DNA of 64,000 nt from Acidimicrobiia bacterium (GTDB lineage: Bacteria; Acidobacteriota; Vicinamibacteria; Vicinamibacterales; UBA2999), in NCBI GenBank assembly GCA_016871255.1, contig VFZH01000003.1, positions 2,427-66,426 of the forward strand, read 5' to 3'. Positions 1 to 12,390 of the stretch are shown here, one piece after another. The notes below the pieces were generated by a model. That model was given only the letters and a program-made list of their open reading frames with translations. It ran no database searches and was not told where the DNA came from. The translations under genes and the position numbers were made by a program. Every line of letters begins with the position of its first letter. The stretch's first letter is position 1.

Positions 1-1752
1 AGCGTCCTCGGCGACTTCAATCGATGGGACGGCCGCACGCATCCGATGCGCCGCCTCGTGCCCAGCGGCGTGTGGGAGATCTTCGTGCCGGACCTGGCCG
101 ACGGCGAACGGTACAAGTTCGAGATCCGGACGCCGGCCGGGCACCTGCTGCAGAAGGCCGATCCCTACGCGCTCCGCTTCGAGGTGCCGCCGGGCACGGC
201 GTCCGTCGTGTGGACCGAGGGGGGCTACCGGTGGCGGGATGCGGACTGGATGCGTGACCGTCCGTCCCTCCAGGGCTGGCGCGACCGGCCGATGTCGATC
301 TACGAGCTGCACGCCGGGTCGTGGCGGCGGGTGCCGGAGGACGGGGGCCGTCCGCTGTCGTACCGGGAGCTGGCCGAGACGCTCGTTCCGTACCTGCGCA
401 GCATGGGCTACACGCACGTCGAGCTCATGCCGGTGATGGAGCACCCCTTTTCGGGATCGTGGGGCTACCAGGTCGTCGGGTTCTTCGCGCCCACGAGCCG
501 CCACGGCTCGCCGGACGACTTCCGCTTCTTCGTGGACGAGTGTCACAGGAACGGCATCGGCGTGATCCTCGACTGGGTTCCCGGGCACTTCCCCCGGGAC
601 GCGCACGGGCTGGCGAGGTTCGACGGCACCGCCCTGTACGAACACGACGATCCACGCCAGGGCGAACACCGTGACTGGGGGACGCTGATCTTCAACTACG
701 GCCGCAACGAGGTCCGCACCTTCCTCGTGAGCAGCGCCATGTTCTGGCTCGACTCGTGTCACATCGACGGCCTGCGCGTGGATGCGGTGGCGTCGATGCT
801 GTACCTGGACTACTCGCGGAAAGACGGCGAGTGGGTCCCGAACCGCTTCGGTGGCCGCGAGAATCTCGAGGCGGTGGAGTTCCTGAAGCAGTTGAACACG
901 GTCACGCACGGCCGCGCACCCGGGTCGGTCACGATTGCGGAGGAGTCGACCGCGTGGCCCGCCGTCAGCCGGCCCGTGCACCTGGGCGGCCTCGGCTTCA
1001 GCTACAAGTGGAACATGGGCTGGATGCACGACATGCTCCGCTACATGGGCCGTGACCCGGTCTACCGGCGGTGGGAACACGACCAGATCACCTTCTCGAT
1101 GCTCTACGCCTTCACCGAGAGCTTCGTGCTCCCGTTCTCGCACGACGAAGTCGTGCACGGCAAGGGGTCGATGCTCGACAAGATGCCCGGAGACGTGTGG
1201 CAGAAGCTCGCGTCGCTCCGGGCGCTGTACGGCTACATGTACGCGCACCCGGGCAAGAAGCTGCTCTTCATGGGCGGCGAGATCGGGCAGTGGCGCGAGT
1301 GGAACCAGGACGAGAGCCTCGACTGGCACCTGCTCGAGGACGAGCGGCACCGGGGGCTGCAGCAGTGGGTGCGCGACCTCAACCACGTCTACCGGCGCGA
1401 GCCGGCGCTGCACCAGGTGGATTTCGACGGATCCGGGTTCGCGTGGATCGACTGCCAGGATCACGAGAACAGCGTCGTGTCCCTGCTCCGCCGGGCGGCG
1501 AACCCGGACGACTTCGCCGTGGCGCTGGTGAACTTCACGCCCGTCCCGCGCGACGCGTACCGCGTCGGTGTCCCCGGCGCCGGCTGGTACGAGGAGGTGC
1601 TCAACAGCGACGCCGCCATCTACGGTGGCGGTAATGTCGGCAACGGCGGTGGTGTGCATGCCGAGCCGATTTCCGCGCACGGGTACCCGGCGTCGCTGTC
1701 GCTCGCCGTGCCGCCGCTGGGGTTCCTGCTCCTGAAACGGCGACAGGTCTAG
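1..1752 (+). CDS. glgB: 1,4-alpha-glucan branching enzyme (GH13), 5' end cut by window edge
   Basis: Frame 1 is open from nt 1 ([16 protein letters not shown]...). Motifs [31 protein letters not shown] and IAEESTAWP are typical of branching enzymes. Confidence 0.95.
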   Translation, partial: SVLGDFNRWDGRTHPMRRLVPSGVWEIFVPDLADGERYKFEIRTPAGHLLQKADPYALRFEVPPGTASVVWTEGGYRWRDADWMRDRPSLQGWRDRPMSIYELHAGSWRRVPEDGGRPLSYRELAETLVPYLRSMGYTHVELMPVMEHPFSGSWGYQVVGFFAPTSRHGSPDDFRFFVDECHRNGIGVILDWVPGHFPRDAHGLARFDGTALYEHDDPRQGEHRDWGTLIFNYGRNEVRTFLVSSAMFWLDSCHIDGLRVDAVASMLYLDYSRKDGEWVPNRFGGRENLEAVEFLKQLNTVTHGRAPGSVTIAEESTAWPAVSRPVHLGGLGFSYKWNMGWMHDMLRYMGRDPVYRRWEHDQITFSMLYAFTESFVLPFSHDEVVHGKGSMLDKMPGDVWQKLASLRALYGYMYAHPGKKLLFMGGEIGQWREWNQDESLDWHLLEDERHRGLQQWVRDLNHVYRREPALHQVDFDGSGFAWIDCQDHENSVVSLLRRAANPDDFAVALVNFTPVPRDAYRVGVPGAGWYEEVLNSDAAIYGGGNVGNGGGVHAEPISAHGYPASLSLAVPPLGFLLLKRRQV

Positions 1753-2585
1753 CGGCCCTCGCCGAGGCGCGGAACGCGCGGAGGCGGGCCGCAGGCCCGG
1801 CCGAGGGCGTGGAGCGCAACGGCCACCGCCGACGCGACGTTGATCGAGTCGGTGCCCGCCGCCACCGGGATGCGCACACGCAGGTCCGCGGTCTCGAGCG
1901 CGTCGCCGGACAGCCCGTCGCCTTCGTGGCCCAGCAGCAGCGCCACGCGCCGGTCCCGGAGCGCGGGTACGGCCGCGTCCAGGGACGTGTCCCCGGACGG
2001 CGTGAGCGCGACGACCGCCACGCCCTGCTCGCGAAGCCTGACCAGATCGCCGGGCCAGTCGTCCGGTGATGCGTACGGCACCTCCAGCGTGGCGCCCATC
2101 GACGTGCGGATCGCCTTGCGATACAGCGGATCGACGGTGCCCGGTCCGACGAGCACGCCGTCTGCGCCCAGCGCTGCCGCGTTGCGGAAGATGCCGCCGA
2201 CGTTGTCGGCGTTGCCGATCCGCTCGAGGACCAGCAGCGTGCGCGCCTGCTGCGCCAGGACGGTGCCGCGCTGCGGCGTCCGACGGCGGCCGACACCCAG
2301 ACAGCCGCGGTGCACGTTGAAGCCGGCAACCAGGCTGATGGCCGCCGCTGGAGCGATGTACACGGGCAGTGACGGGTGCGTTGCCAGCGTGTCCGCCAGC
2401 GCCTCCGCCGCCGCGGGCGACAGCAGCAGCGACTCTGCCGCAAAGCGGGACGCGAGCAGGCGGGTCACCACGAGGCGCCCCTCGGCGATGAACACGCCCC
2501 GCGTCGCCAGCAGCTCCGGGTCCGGAACGTTGCGGTAGAGGTCGAGCCGGGGGTCGTCGATGGTCGGGATCGGGACGTGTGGCAT
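1749..2585 (-). CDS. SpoU/TrmH-family RNA 2'-O-methyltransferase
   Basis: Track ORF of 278 aa. Motifs [27 protein letters not shown] and [21 protein letters not shown]. The stop overlaps the glgB stop by 4 nt (convergent). Confidence 0.85.
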   Translation of the reverse strand: MPHVPIPTIDDPRLDLYRNVPDPELLATRGVFIAEGRLVVTRLLASRFAAESLLLSPAAAEALADTLATHPSLPVYIAPAAAISLVAGFNVHRGCLGVGRRRTPQRGTVLAQQARTLLVLERIGNADNVGGIFRNAAALGADGVLVGPGTVDPLYRKAIRTSMGATLEVPYASPDDWPGDLVRLREQGVAVVALTPSGDTSLDAAVPALRDRRVALLLGHEGDGLSGDALETADLRVRIPVAAGTDSINVASAVAVALHALGRACGPPPRVPRLGEGR

Positions 2586-2591
2586 CCCGCG

Positions 2592-3602
2592 TCAGGCGGC
2601 GCCCTCGCGCACGGTGCGCGCGCCGAACAGGCCGAACACCCGTTCCCGCAGGTCGCGGAGATCCACCAGACCGCGGACGGCTTCCGACGCGAGCGCCAGC
2701 AGCACGAAGCAGACGGCCATCTCGATCAGCGTGCGCGGCAGGTGCGCGGGGACGAGGGGGAGGAGCAGCCGTTCGAGGCCGTAGTAGAGCGGCATGTGCC
2801 CCACGAACACGACCACGGTGTTGCGGGCGAACATCCGCACCCACCAGTCCGCCGGCAGGCGCCCGAGCAGCACGAGCGCGCTCAGCGTGAAGAAGAGATA
2901 CCCGCTGGTGACCAGGAGGGAGGCGAACTGCCGGGCGGCCGCCCCCGGCACATCGAGCGTCATGAACGGAAACGTGGCGGTCCACTCGATCCGGCCCGCC
3001 AGCAGCGGCCATCCGACGACGAACAGCACCGCAGGCACCATGCCGCGGGTCGGCAGGCTCGTCGCCCGTGCGCCGAACCAGAGCCCGACGAGCAGCACGG
3101 TCCACCAGTTGACGAACAGCATGTAGGCGACGTACGGGCCTGCGTACTGCATGAGCTGGGCGCGGATGCCGATCTCGGCGAGCGCGCCGCAGCCGATCTG
3201 CAGCGGCGTGAGTGTGCGCCCCCGCAGGAGCAGGGCCCACACCAGCAGCAGGTGCAGGTACGTGCCGATGTACCAGGTGGTCGGATTGACGGGAAACGCA
3301 TCCTGGAACACGTGCAGGCCGCCGGCCAGGGGAAGCACGTTGCTCAGGAACGCGTCGCCCCAGACGAGCAGGCCGACCACGCTGGTGCCGAGGGCGAACA
3401 CCGCGCCGACGACCAGCGGCTCGAACGCGCGGTTGAACACCACCTGCCACCGCGGGCGCGTCTCCCGGGCCAGCGTGAAGCCGGTCAGGAACACGAAGAA
3501 GGCGACGCCGAGCTGCTTCGGGTAGAAGGGCGGCGAGAGCGCCGCATTGGCGGGCGCGTTGACATGACCCCACACGATCAGGGCCATGCCCGCGGCTTTC
3601 AT
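2592..3602 (-). CDS. Membrane acyltransferase family 3 (OatA/NolL-like)
   Basis: Polytopic hydrophobic ORF with the N-terminal MKAAGMALIVWGHV signature of acyltransferase_3. Start taken at the internal Met (3602), leaving a 4-nt gap to the upstream gene. The track ORF extends to 3659. Confidence 0.7.
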   Translation of the reverse strand: MKAAGMALIVWGHVNAPANAALSPPFYPKQLGVAFFVFLTGFTLARETRPRWQVVFNRAFEPLVVGAVFALGTSVVGLLVWGDAFLSNVLPLAGGLHVFQDAFPVNPTTWYIGTYLHLLLVWALLLRGRTLTPLQIGCGALAEIGIRAQLMQYAGPYVAYMLFVNWWTVLLVGLWFGARATSLPTRGMVPAVLFVVGWPLLAGRIEWTATFPFMTLDVPGAAARQFASLLVTSGYLFFTLSALVLLGRLPADWWVRMFARNTVVVFVGHMPLYYGLERLLLPLVPAHLPRTLIEMAVCFVLLALASEAVRGLVDLRDLRERVFGLFGARTVREGAA

Positions 3603-3606
3603 CCAG

Positions 3607-4239
3607 TCAACGAAGGGCAGGTACGCCGGGCTCACTCGGTCGGCTCCCAGGGGCCTCACCCGCCACGCGCCGCACGAATCGGGCGGGATTGCCCGCCACC
3701 ATGATCCCGTCTGGCACCGCCGCCGAGACGACGGCGCCGGCGGCGACCATGCAGCCCGAGCCCACGTCGGCCATCACGATGGCGCCCTCGCCGACCCAGG
3801 TGTGTCTCCCGACCGTGACGCGCACCAGCGTCTCCCGGTCGGTCGGCGTCCACCGGCCGTCGGGGGTCCAGGTGTGCTGGCGCGCGCCGCTCAGCAGGCT
3901 GGCGCGGCTGCCGATCATCGAGTGCTCCTGGACCCATGCCCAGCCGATGAGCGCGTACGCCCCGACGTGGACGCCCCGGTCGAGCTTGGCCGCGCGCCGG
4001 GTGATGATCCCGCCGAAGTCGATCGTGACGTCCTCGGCGCAGGAGGTGAGCGTCCAGCGGTAGAAGGCGCGGCGCAGGAACTGTCCCGGCAGCCCGGGCA
4101 GGCCGGCCATGACGTGCGTCCAGAACCCGAACACCGCCTCGGAATCGGCCACCGCCTGGCCGACCCAGCAGGTGAAGGCCGGGAGGGCGGCGAGCACGAG
4201 GCACAGCAGGTTCAGCACGCGTTTAAGGGGAGACCGCAC
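3607..4239 (-). CDS. Left-handed beta-helix (hexapeptide repeat) acyl/acetyltransferase with N-terminal hydrophobic segment
   Basis: Hexapeptide-like tracts (VHVGAYALIGWAWV, VTVGRHTWVGEGAIVMADVGSGCMVAAGAVV) and a C-terminal GNPARFV motif. Confidence 0.8.
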   Translation of the reverse strand: MRSPLKRVLNLLCLVLAALPAFTCWVGQAVADSEAVFGFWTHVMAGLPGLPGQFLRRAFYRWTLTSCAEDVTIDFGGIITRRAAKLDRGVHVGAYALIGWAWVQEHSMIGSRASLLSGARQHTWTPDGRWTPTDRETLVRVTVGRHTWVGEGAIVMADVGSGCMVAAGAVVSAAVPDGIMVAGNPARFVRRVAGEAPGSRPSEPGVPALR

Positions 4240-4242
4240 GGC

Positions 4243-4554
4243 TCACGCCCCGCGTCCCGCAGAGGACTCCCGCAGGAGGCCATCGATGTACTCGACGAGC
4301 GAGGAGACCGTTCGGAAGGGGCTGCGCGATTGCGACAGCGCACGGTCGTCGCTGAGGATCACCGGGTGCCCAGCCTCATCCAGCGCTTCTTCGACGTCGA
4401 TCAGCAGCGAGACGAGGCCCAGCGAATCGAGCGGGCTGGGTGGGCCGAAGAGCGGGGCTTCCTGGGACACCGCGAGGCGCATCGCCTCCGTGCGCATCTG
4501 GTTCGTCCGCTCCATGGCCTGGAGCACCACGGCAAGAATGGCCGCGCGATCCAC
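4243..4554 (-). CDS. Acyl/peptidyl carrier protein-like
   Basis: 103 aa with a phosphopantetheine-attachment-type motif LDSLGLVSLL. Ends 3 nt before the LbH gene start. Confidence 0.65.
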   Translation of the reverse strand: MDRAAILAVVLQAMERTNQMRTEAMRLAVSQEAPLFGPPSPLDSLGLVSLLIDVEEALDEAGHPVILSDDRALSQSRSPFRTVSSLVEYIDGLLRESSAGRGA

Positions 4555-4667
4555 GATCGGGGAGTTTACTCCGGCTCACGGCCAGGCAGCTGCAGCGACC
4601 GGCTCCGGCAGGCCGAGGGCTTCGGGGCGCGAGTCCCTGCGGGGGCCGGCGTCAGCCGGCCCGTTGC

Positions 4668-5513
4668 TCAGATCATCACCGACACAACCGACCACACGAT
4701 GGCCAGCACCGAGGCGGCGAGACAGCCGAGGCCGATCACGATGTGGTCGATACGCTCGGGTTTCATCGGGTCCATGAGCTGAGAGGCCAGGTACCCGCCG
4801 CCGAAGCCCCCCAGGTGGGCGTAGTTGTCGACGCCGGGCATGATGACGCCGAACAGGCCCATGAACAGGGCGTAGCTGAGCGCCTGCCCGCGCACGATCT
4901 GGCTGCCCGTGCGTCTCCCGTAGTAGACGAGGGCGCCGAGCAGGCCGAAGACCGATGCGGAAGCGCCGACGGTGAACTGGCTGCCGTGGAGGAACAGGAG
5001 ATTCGGCAGGTAGGCGCCGGCGAAGGAGCTGAGCGCGAACCCCGCCGCACCGGACACGACGTAGATGATCATCAGCCGTCCGGGGCCGTACATCTCGGCC
5101 GTCGGCGGGGCGAGCTGGCGGATCCACATCAGGTTGAACAGGATGTGCAGCCCGCCACCGTGCAGCCACGAGGCGCTCAGCAGCGTCCACCAGCGGTCGA
5201 GCGCGAACACCGGGATGGCCCCGCTGGCCCCGAAGGTGAGCAGCGCCGCGCTGCTCGGCGAGAACATCGAGAAGAGTCCGCCCATGCCGACGGCGCCGCG
5301 CGAGAACACGAGCGTCAGTGCGAACACGATGACGCAGGTGCCGATCACGAAGGGCACGAAGCCGAGGTCCTGACCGAGCGCGCGCAGTGCCGGCGCGAAG
5401 CCCCACAGCCCCGGGTTGCGGCGCCCGCAGTTGTAGCAGGCCGCGTCGCCGACGCCGACGAGCACGCCGCACGACGTGCAGATGACAGAGCCGCTGCGTT
5501 GTCGTCTCAGCAC
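4668..5513 (-). CDS. Rhomboid-family intramembrane serine protease with N-terminal zinc ribbon
   Basis: CTSCG...CYNCG ribbon, then the rhomboid motifs WLHGGGLHILFNLM, GASASVFGLLGA and HLGGFGGGY. Confidence 0.85.
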   Translation of the reverse strand: MLRRQRSGSVICTSCGVLVGVGDAACYNCGRRNPGLWGFAPALRALGQDLGFVPFVIGTCVIVFALTLVFSRGAVGMGGLFSMFSPSSAALLTFGASGAIPVFALDRWWTLLSASWLHGGGLHILFNLMWIRQLAPPTAEMYGPGRLMIIYVVSGAAGFALSSFAGAYLPNLLFLHGSQFTVGASASVFGLLGALVYYGRRTGSQIVRGQALSYALFMGLFGVIMPGVDNYAHLGGFGGGYLASQLMDPMKPERIDHIVIGLGCLAASVLAIVWSVVSVMI

Positions 5514-5565
5514 GGCAGGTTCATGGCAGTAGCGGTTTCAAGTCCCAAAGTGCGCCAGAGCCGTC

Positions 5566-5669
5566 CCAACGCAATCGCCAGTCGCCAATGCAATCCTCAA
5601 TCCCCAATCGCCAATGCAATCCCCAATCCCCAATCATCAATGCAATCCCCAATCACCAATCCTCAATCA

Positions 5670-5676
<7 letters not shown>
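5566..5676. repeat. Heptamer array (CCCCAAT-type on + strand) organised in ~3.3 copies of a 26-nt unit
   Basis: CAAT recurs at 7-nt (occasionally 5-nt) spacing from 5572 to 5671. CAATG recurs at 5586, 5612 and 5638, a 26-nt period. The array runs into the ilvD stop codon (5670-5672). Confidence 0.85.
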
Positions 5677-7339
<1,663 letters not shown>

Positions 7340-7343
<4 letters not shown>

Positions 7344-8518
7344 GTCTCCTGGACGTCGGGCGTCGGCCGGCGCGGCGAGCCCATCGGATAGCAGCCGAGC
7401 ACCTTCAGCGAGATCACGTGGGCGGTCAGCTCCTTGAGCGCGGCTTCCACGTCGGGCGACTTCAGGTTGCCCTCGAAGTCCACGTAGAAGACGTACTCCC
7501 AGGGAGCGCCCGGCCGCGGGCGGGACTCGAGCTTGGTGAGGTTCAGGTCGCGCGTGGCCAGCACGTTCAGACAGGCGACGAGCGCACCCTTTTCGTGGCG
7601 CGTCACGAAGATCAGCGACGTCTTGCACGCGATGCGCGTGTCACACGGCAGGTGGCGCGGGCCCACGACCACGAAGCGGGTGAAGTTCTCCTTCTGGTCG
7701 TTGATGTCGCGCGCCAGGACCTTCAGGCCCCAGATTCGCGCCGCATCGGCGCTGCCGATCGCCGCCTGGGTGATGTCCTGGTCGTCGCGCACCTTGCGCG
7801 CCGCGAGCGCCGTGTTGGCGAACGCCTCGAGCTGCGCCTGGCGCAGTGTGGACAGGAACTGCGAGCACTGCGCGATCGCCTGGGGGTGCGACAGCACCCG
7901 GCGGATCCGCTCGATCGGCACCTCGTCCACCGCCATCAGGCAGTTGTCCACCGGCTGAATCTCCTCGCCCACCAGCGCCAGGTCCATCTGGGCGAGCAGA
8001 TCGTAGTTCTCGTTGATCGACCCGGCCGTCGAGTTCTCGATCGGCAGCAGGCCGAAATGCGCCGCCCCCGTCTTGACCGCGGTCATCGTCTCGCGGAAGG
8101 AGTCGAACGGCCGGAACTCCACGCCGCTCCGCGCGCTGAAGTGCCGCTCCGCCGCCAGGTGGCCCCAGGCGCCGGGCGCGCCGGAGTAGGCGACGACGAT
8201 CGGCTGGTCAGGCCCGCGCTCACGCGCGAGCAGGTGATCCTGCTGGCGCCGCAGCGAGTAGTCGAGGATCTCGCGGAACAGCCGCGTGACGAAGTGCGGG
8301 TCGAGCCGGAGCTCGCGCGCCTGCGCCGAAAGCCGCTCCAGCAGGAGCCGCTCGCGTTCCTCGTCGCGGATCTGGTCGGTGCGCTGCTCCTTGAACGCGG
8401 CGATGACGCCGATGACGCGAAGCCGGTCGGCGAGCGCCTGGACGATGCGGGCGTCGATGGCGTCCAGTTCGCCGCGGAGGCGCTTCAGCTGCTGGTCCTG
8501 GTCGGCGGAATAAGACAT
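7340..8518 (-). CDS. pheA: Bifunctional chorismate mutase / prephenate dehydratase (P-protein)
   Basis: N-terminal CM_2 helix pattern ([19 protein letters not shown]...), a PDT domain and a C-terminal ACT domain ([21 protein letters not shown]). The stop overlaps the ilvD start (ATGA). Confidence 0.9.
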
Positions 8519-8628
8519 TGGTGATTGAGGATTGCTGATTGGTGATTGCAGTGACGGATTGACGATTTAGGAATTTGGTCCTTGGGATTTCGCTTGGGCT
8601 TTGGGTTTCGGGATTTGGGATTTTCTGC
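8519..8628. repeat. Heptamer array (NNGATTG then GGGATTT-type on + strand)
   Basis: GATTG at 8523, 8530, 8537, 8544 and 8557. GATTT/GGGATTT at 8564, 8586, 8612 and 8619. It fills the pheA-ilvC spacer. Confidence 0.8.
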
Positions 8629-8636
8629 AGCCTACC

Positions 8637-9656
<1,020 letters not shown>

Positions 9657-9670
9657 CGCCCCTCGTTTCT

Positions 9671-9705
9671 TTCGGGATGCGGGACCCGGGATTCGGGATT
9701 CCGCG
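9671..9705. repeat. Four phased CGGGATT-type heptamers (G3N4 x3 G3)
   Basis: GGG runs at 9674, 9681, 9688 and 9695 on the + strand, in the ilvC-ilvN spacer. Confidence 0.8.
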
Positions 9706-9724
9706 TCCGCGCGCCCCGCTCGCC

Positions 9725-10219
9725 CTACCCGTCGCGCTTGAGCGTCTCGTCTCCCCGGCCGAGCGCGATGCCGCCGCTGCGGACCATCTCGATCACGCCC
9801 AGATCCTCCAGCTCGCGGATCGCGGTGTCGATCTGCTCCGGAGCGCCCGTGAGCTCGATGCTGAGCGTCCGGTCGCCCACGTCCACGATGCGTCCGCGGC
9901 CGTCCGCGACCATCCGCTGGATCACGGCCCGGTTGGCGGCGGTGCTGGCCATCTTGACCAGCGCCATGTCGCGCGCCACGGACGTCCGGTCGCCGAGGTC
10001 CTCGACCTGCAGCACGTTCACGAGCTTGCTCAGGCTCGCGATCACGCGATCGACCGCCCGTTTCTCGCTGTCCACCACCACGGTGATGCACGACATGCCG
10101 GGCGCGGTGCGGCCGGCGCTGACCGACACGATGTTGAACGAGCGCCGCCGGAACTGCGACGCCACGCGTTCGAGCACGCCGGGTTTGTCTTCCACCAGGG
10201 CGACAACGGTGAGGTGCAT
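9725..10219 (-). CDS. ilvN: Acetolactate synthase small (regulatory, ACT) subunit
   Basis: Starts [34 protein letters not shown] (CAT at 10217-10219). ACT plus ALS_ss_C pattern. Confidence 0.9.
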   Translation of the reverse strand: MHLTVVALVEDKPGVLERVASQFRRRSFNIVSVSAGRTAPGMSCITVVVDSEKRAVDRVIASLSKLVNVLQVEDLGDRTSVARDMALVKMASTAANRAVIQRMVADGRGRIVDVGDRTLSIELTGAPEQIDTAIRELEDLGVIEMVRSGGIALGRGDETLKRDG

Positions 10220-10313
10220 GGTCCGGACAGGGCGGCCGCCGGGCAGCCGGAACCTACAGTGTAGGTGATATCGTCGCTCGCGGGCATGCCGCATGCCCTG
10301 CTTGGACGGACCT

Positions 10314-10880
10314 ATGCCATCGCACCCGATCATCGTGGGCATCACCGGCGCCACCGGCGTGATCTACGGCGTGCGCCTGCTCCAGCGGCTCCGCGACTCC
10401 GGGGTCGAAACGCACCTGGTGATCAGCCGATGGGGCAGCCGGACCCTGGCCCACGAAACGAGCCACTCGCGTGAAGAGGTCGAAGCCCTGGCGTCGGTCT
10501 CCTACGCGCCGGGTGACATGGGCGCCGCCATCTCGAGCGGGTCGTTCAGGACGGCGGGCATGGCGATTGCGCCCTGCAGCGCGAAATCGCTCGCGGCGAT
10601 CGCGCACGGGTACGGCGATGGCCTGATTCACCGGGCGGCTGACGTGACGTTGAAGGAGCGTCGGCCTCTGGTCGTGCTGCTGCGGGAGACGCCGCTCAGC
10701 GTCATCCATCTCGAGAACGCCCTGAAGCTGGCGCGGGCGGGGGCGGTGATCCTGCCGCCGCTGCCGGCGTTCTACCTGGCGCCCGCCACGCTGGACGATG
10801 CGATCGACCACACCGTGACGCGCGTGCTCGACCAGTTCGGCCTCGACGCGCCGGGCTCGCCGCGCTGGACCGGGGCGTGA
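10314..10880 (+). CDS. ubiX: Flavin prenyltransferase UbiX
   Basis: MPSHPIIVGITGATGVIYGVRLL... and APCSAKSLAAIAHGYGDGLIHRAADVTLKERRPLVV. An alternative upstream Met lies at 10293. Confidence 0.9.
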   Translation: MPSHPIIVGITGATGVIYGVRLLQRLRDSGVETHLVISRWGSRTLAHETSHSREEVEALASVSYAPGDMGAAISSGSFRTAGMAIAPCSAKSLAAIAHGYGDGLIHRAADVTLKERRPLVVLLRETPLSVIHLENALKLARAGAVILPPLPAFYLAPATLDDAIDHTVTRVLDQFGLDAPGSPRWTGA

Positions 10881-10912
10881 GGGCTGACCAGCCTGCACCG
10901 ACAGCGTGACAC

Positions 10913-10990
10913 CAGGACTTCGGGATTCGGGCCCCGGGATTCGGGCCTTGGGACTTGGCGTGGGATCTGGATCCCGGGCTGCGGGATTGC
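10913..10990. repeat. About ten phased heptamers (TCGGGAT / TTGGGAC type)
   Basis: GGG or GG runs near every 7th nt from 10922 to 10985 on the + strand, between the ubiX stop and the stop of the 10991 gene. Confidence 0.8.
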
Positions 10991-11950
10991 TCAGGAGTCT
11001 CCGTCTCTCCGCAGTCTCTCCACTTCCCTTTCCGCGTCGCTGACCGCCTGCGCCGCATCTTCCGCTTCGCGCGCCCGCTGGCGCGCGTCGCCCGTGGCCT
11101 CGTCGGCCTGCTGCGCGGCGCGCTCGAACCGCTCTTCGGCCACGACCCTGGCCCGCGAGGTGCTGGCGCGCTTCTGCTCCGCTCTCCGGGCCTTCGCTGC
11201 GGCGGCCTTGAGGCGGGCGCCGGCCTCCATGGCGCGCGTCCGCGCTTCCTGCAGCGCCTGCTCGGCGGCGGCGATGGCGCGTTCGGCCCGGGCGCGTGCC
11301 TCCCGCCGGATGGCGGCGGTGTCAGCCGGCCCGGACGGTTCTGCCCGCGTGGAGGTGGTCGTGCGTGCTCCGCGAGCGCGGCCGAACGCGATGACCTTCG
11401 AGTCGTCGGATGGTTCTGCCGGGACGCCGGCCTGACGGGGCACGAGCGCTGCGAGCGCATCGAATCCCGGCGGCTCGAGGTCGTCGAGCAGCCGGCCGAC
11501 GCGCGGGGCGTCCGCCGCCCCCTGGCGGGTGGCCAGCGCTTCCAGCGAGGTGGCGATGCGGCGCTGGATCTGCGCGGACGGGTCGTGACCGCCGGCGCGC
11601 AGCAGATCGGCCGCCAGCGTGGTCGCCGTGGCGAGCGCGCCCTGCCAGGCTTCGAGTGCCTCGCGCAGGCCAGCCGGCTTGCCTGCAAGCTGCGCGCGCT
11701 GAGCCTGCCGGAAACGGTCTCCCGCCTGGAGCAGCGCGTCCATCTCGTCGCGACGGATCCAGTACACCTGGTTGATCGCCCACGCCGGGATCGACGGCTT
11801 CGACAGCGCCTTCACCTGGAGGGCGACGTCCGCGTCGCCCCGCTTCTTCAGCGTCAGGGCGAGTGCGTTGCGGGCGGCGGTGAACTCGGCCAGCGGCAGC
11901 TGAAACAGCCTGTCGATGTCATCGGCTGCGGAAACCGGCCGTCGAGGCAT
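10991..11950 (-). CDS. Conserved hypothetical protein, Ala/Arg-rich coiled-coil C-terminus
   Basis: 319-aa ORF with an ordered N-terminal domain (DIDRLFQLPLAEFTAARNALA...KPSIPAWAINQVYW) and a long AEAR-rich helical tail. No function can be assigned from the sequence. Confidence 0.6.
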   Translation of the reverse strand: MPRRPVSAADDIDRLFQLPLAEFTAARNALALTLKKRGDADVALQVKALSKPSIPAWAINQVYWIRRDEMDALLQAGDRFRQAQRAQLAGKPAGLREALEAWQGALATATTLAADLLRAGGHDPSAQIQRRIATSLEALATRQGAADAPRVGRLLDDLEPPGFDALAALVPRQAGVPAEPSDDSKVIAFGRARGARTTTSTRAEPSGPADTAAIRREARARAERAIAAAEQALQEARTRAMEAGARLKAAAAKARRAEQKRASTSRARVVAEERFERAAQQADEATGDARQRAREAEDAAQAVSDAEREVERLRRDGDS

Positions 11951-12036
11951 GTGACCTAGTCTGTCATAGCCTCCTCGTACGCTCCGGAGTGAGAGCAGGG
12001 GACCGGGCGGTCCCCGCGAAGTCGAAGGAAGGTCCC

Positions 12037-12369
12037 ATGCTTGCCGTTGAACAACTCGATCTCTACGACAGGGGAACAGCCCCGGCTCTGCCGCCGGCCC
12101 CGCAGGCGGCGCGGGTCTGCGCCGGCTGCCGGCTGGCCGAGGCGCGGTACGGGTTCCGCGAGGGCGGTCGTCACAACCGCCCCCGGACGCTGTGCTTCGC
12201 GTGCTTCCGGATGGAGCTGACGCGGCGCCAGCGAGCCGCCGAGCGGATGGCCCGCGGCTGGAATGCCCGCCAGACCGCGCTGCCGCTGGACCGGATCCTG
12301 GCGGACACGGCGCGGCGGCGCCGCCGCGCGCAGATCGCCGCGCGTCACGCGCTCGCGGAGGGCGAGTAG
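12037..12369 (+). CDS. Small hypothetical protein with CxxC...CxxC (zinc-ribbon-like) motif
   Basis: ATG at 12037 is preceded by GAAGGAAGG. Contains CAGC...CFAC pairs and an Arg-rich tail. Confidence 0.4.
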   Translation: MLAVEQLDLYDRGTAPALPPAPQAARVCAGCRLAEARYGFREGGRHNRPRTLCFACFRMELTRRQRAAERMARGWNARQTALPLDRILADTARRRRRAQIAARHALAEGE

Positions 12370-12390
12370 CGCGAGTACGGACACTCGCAG

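Noticed and set aside
10252-10298. Two perfect palindromes in the ilvN/ubiX divergent region: ACCTACA-G-TGTAGGT (10252-10266) and GGGCATGC-C-GCATGCCC (10282-10298). Possible operators or a 5' hairpin.
   Set aside because: One to several 7-8-bp-arm palindromes are expected by chance in 64 kb. Their position is suggestive, but there is no second copy or known binding-site match, so no regulatory site is called.
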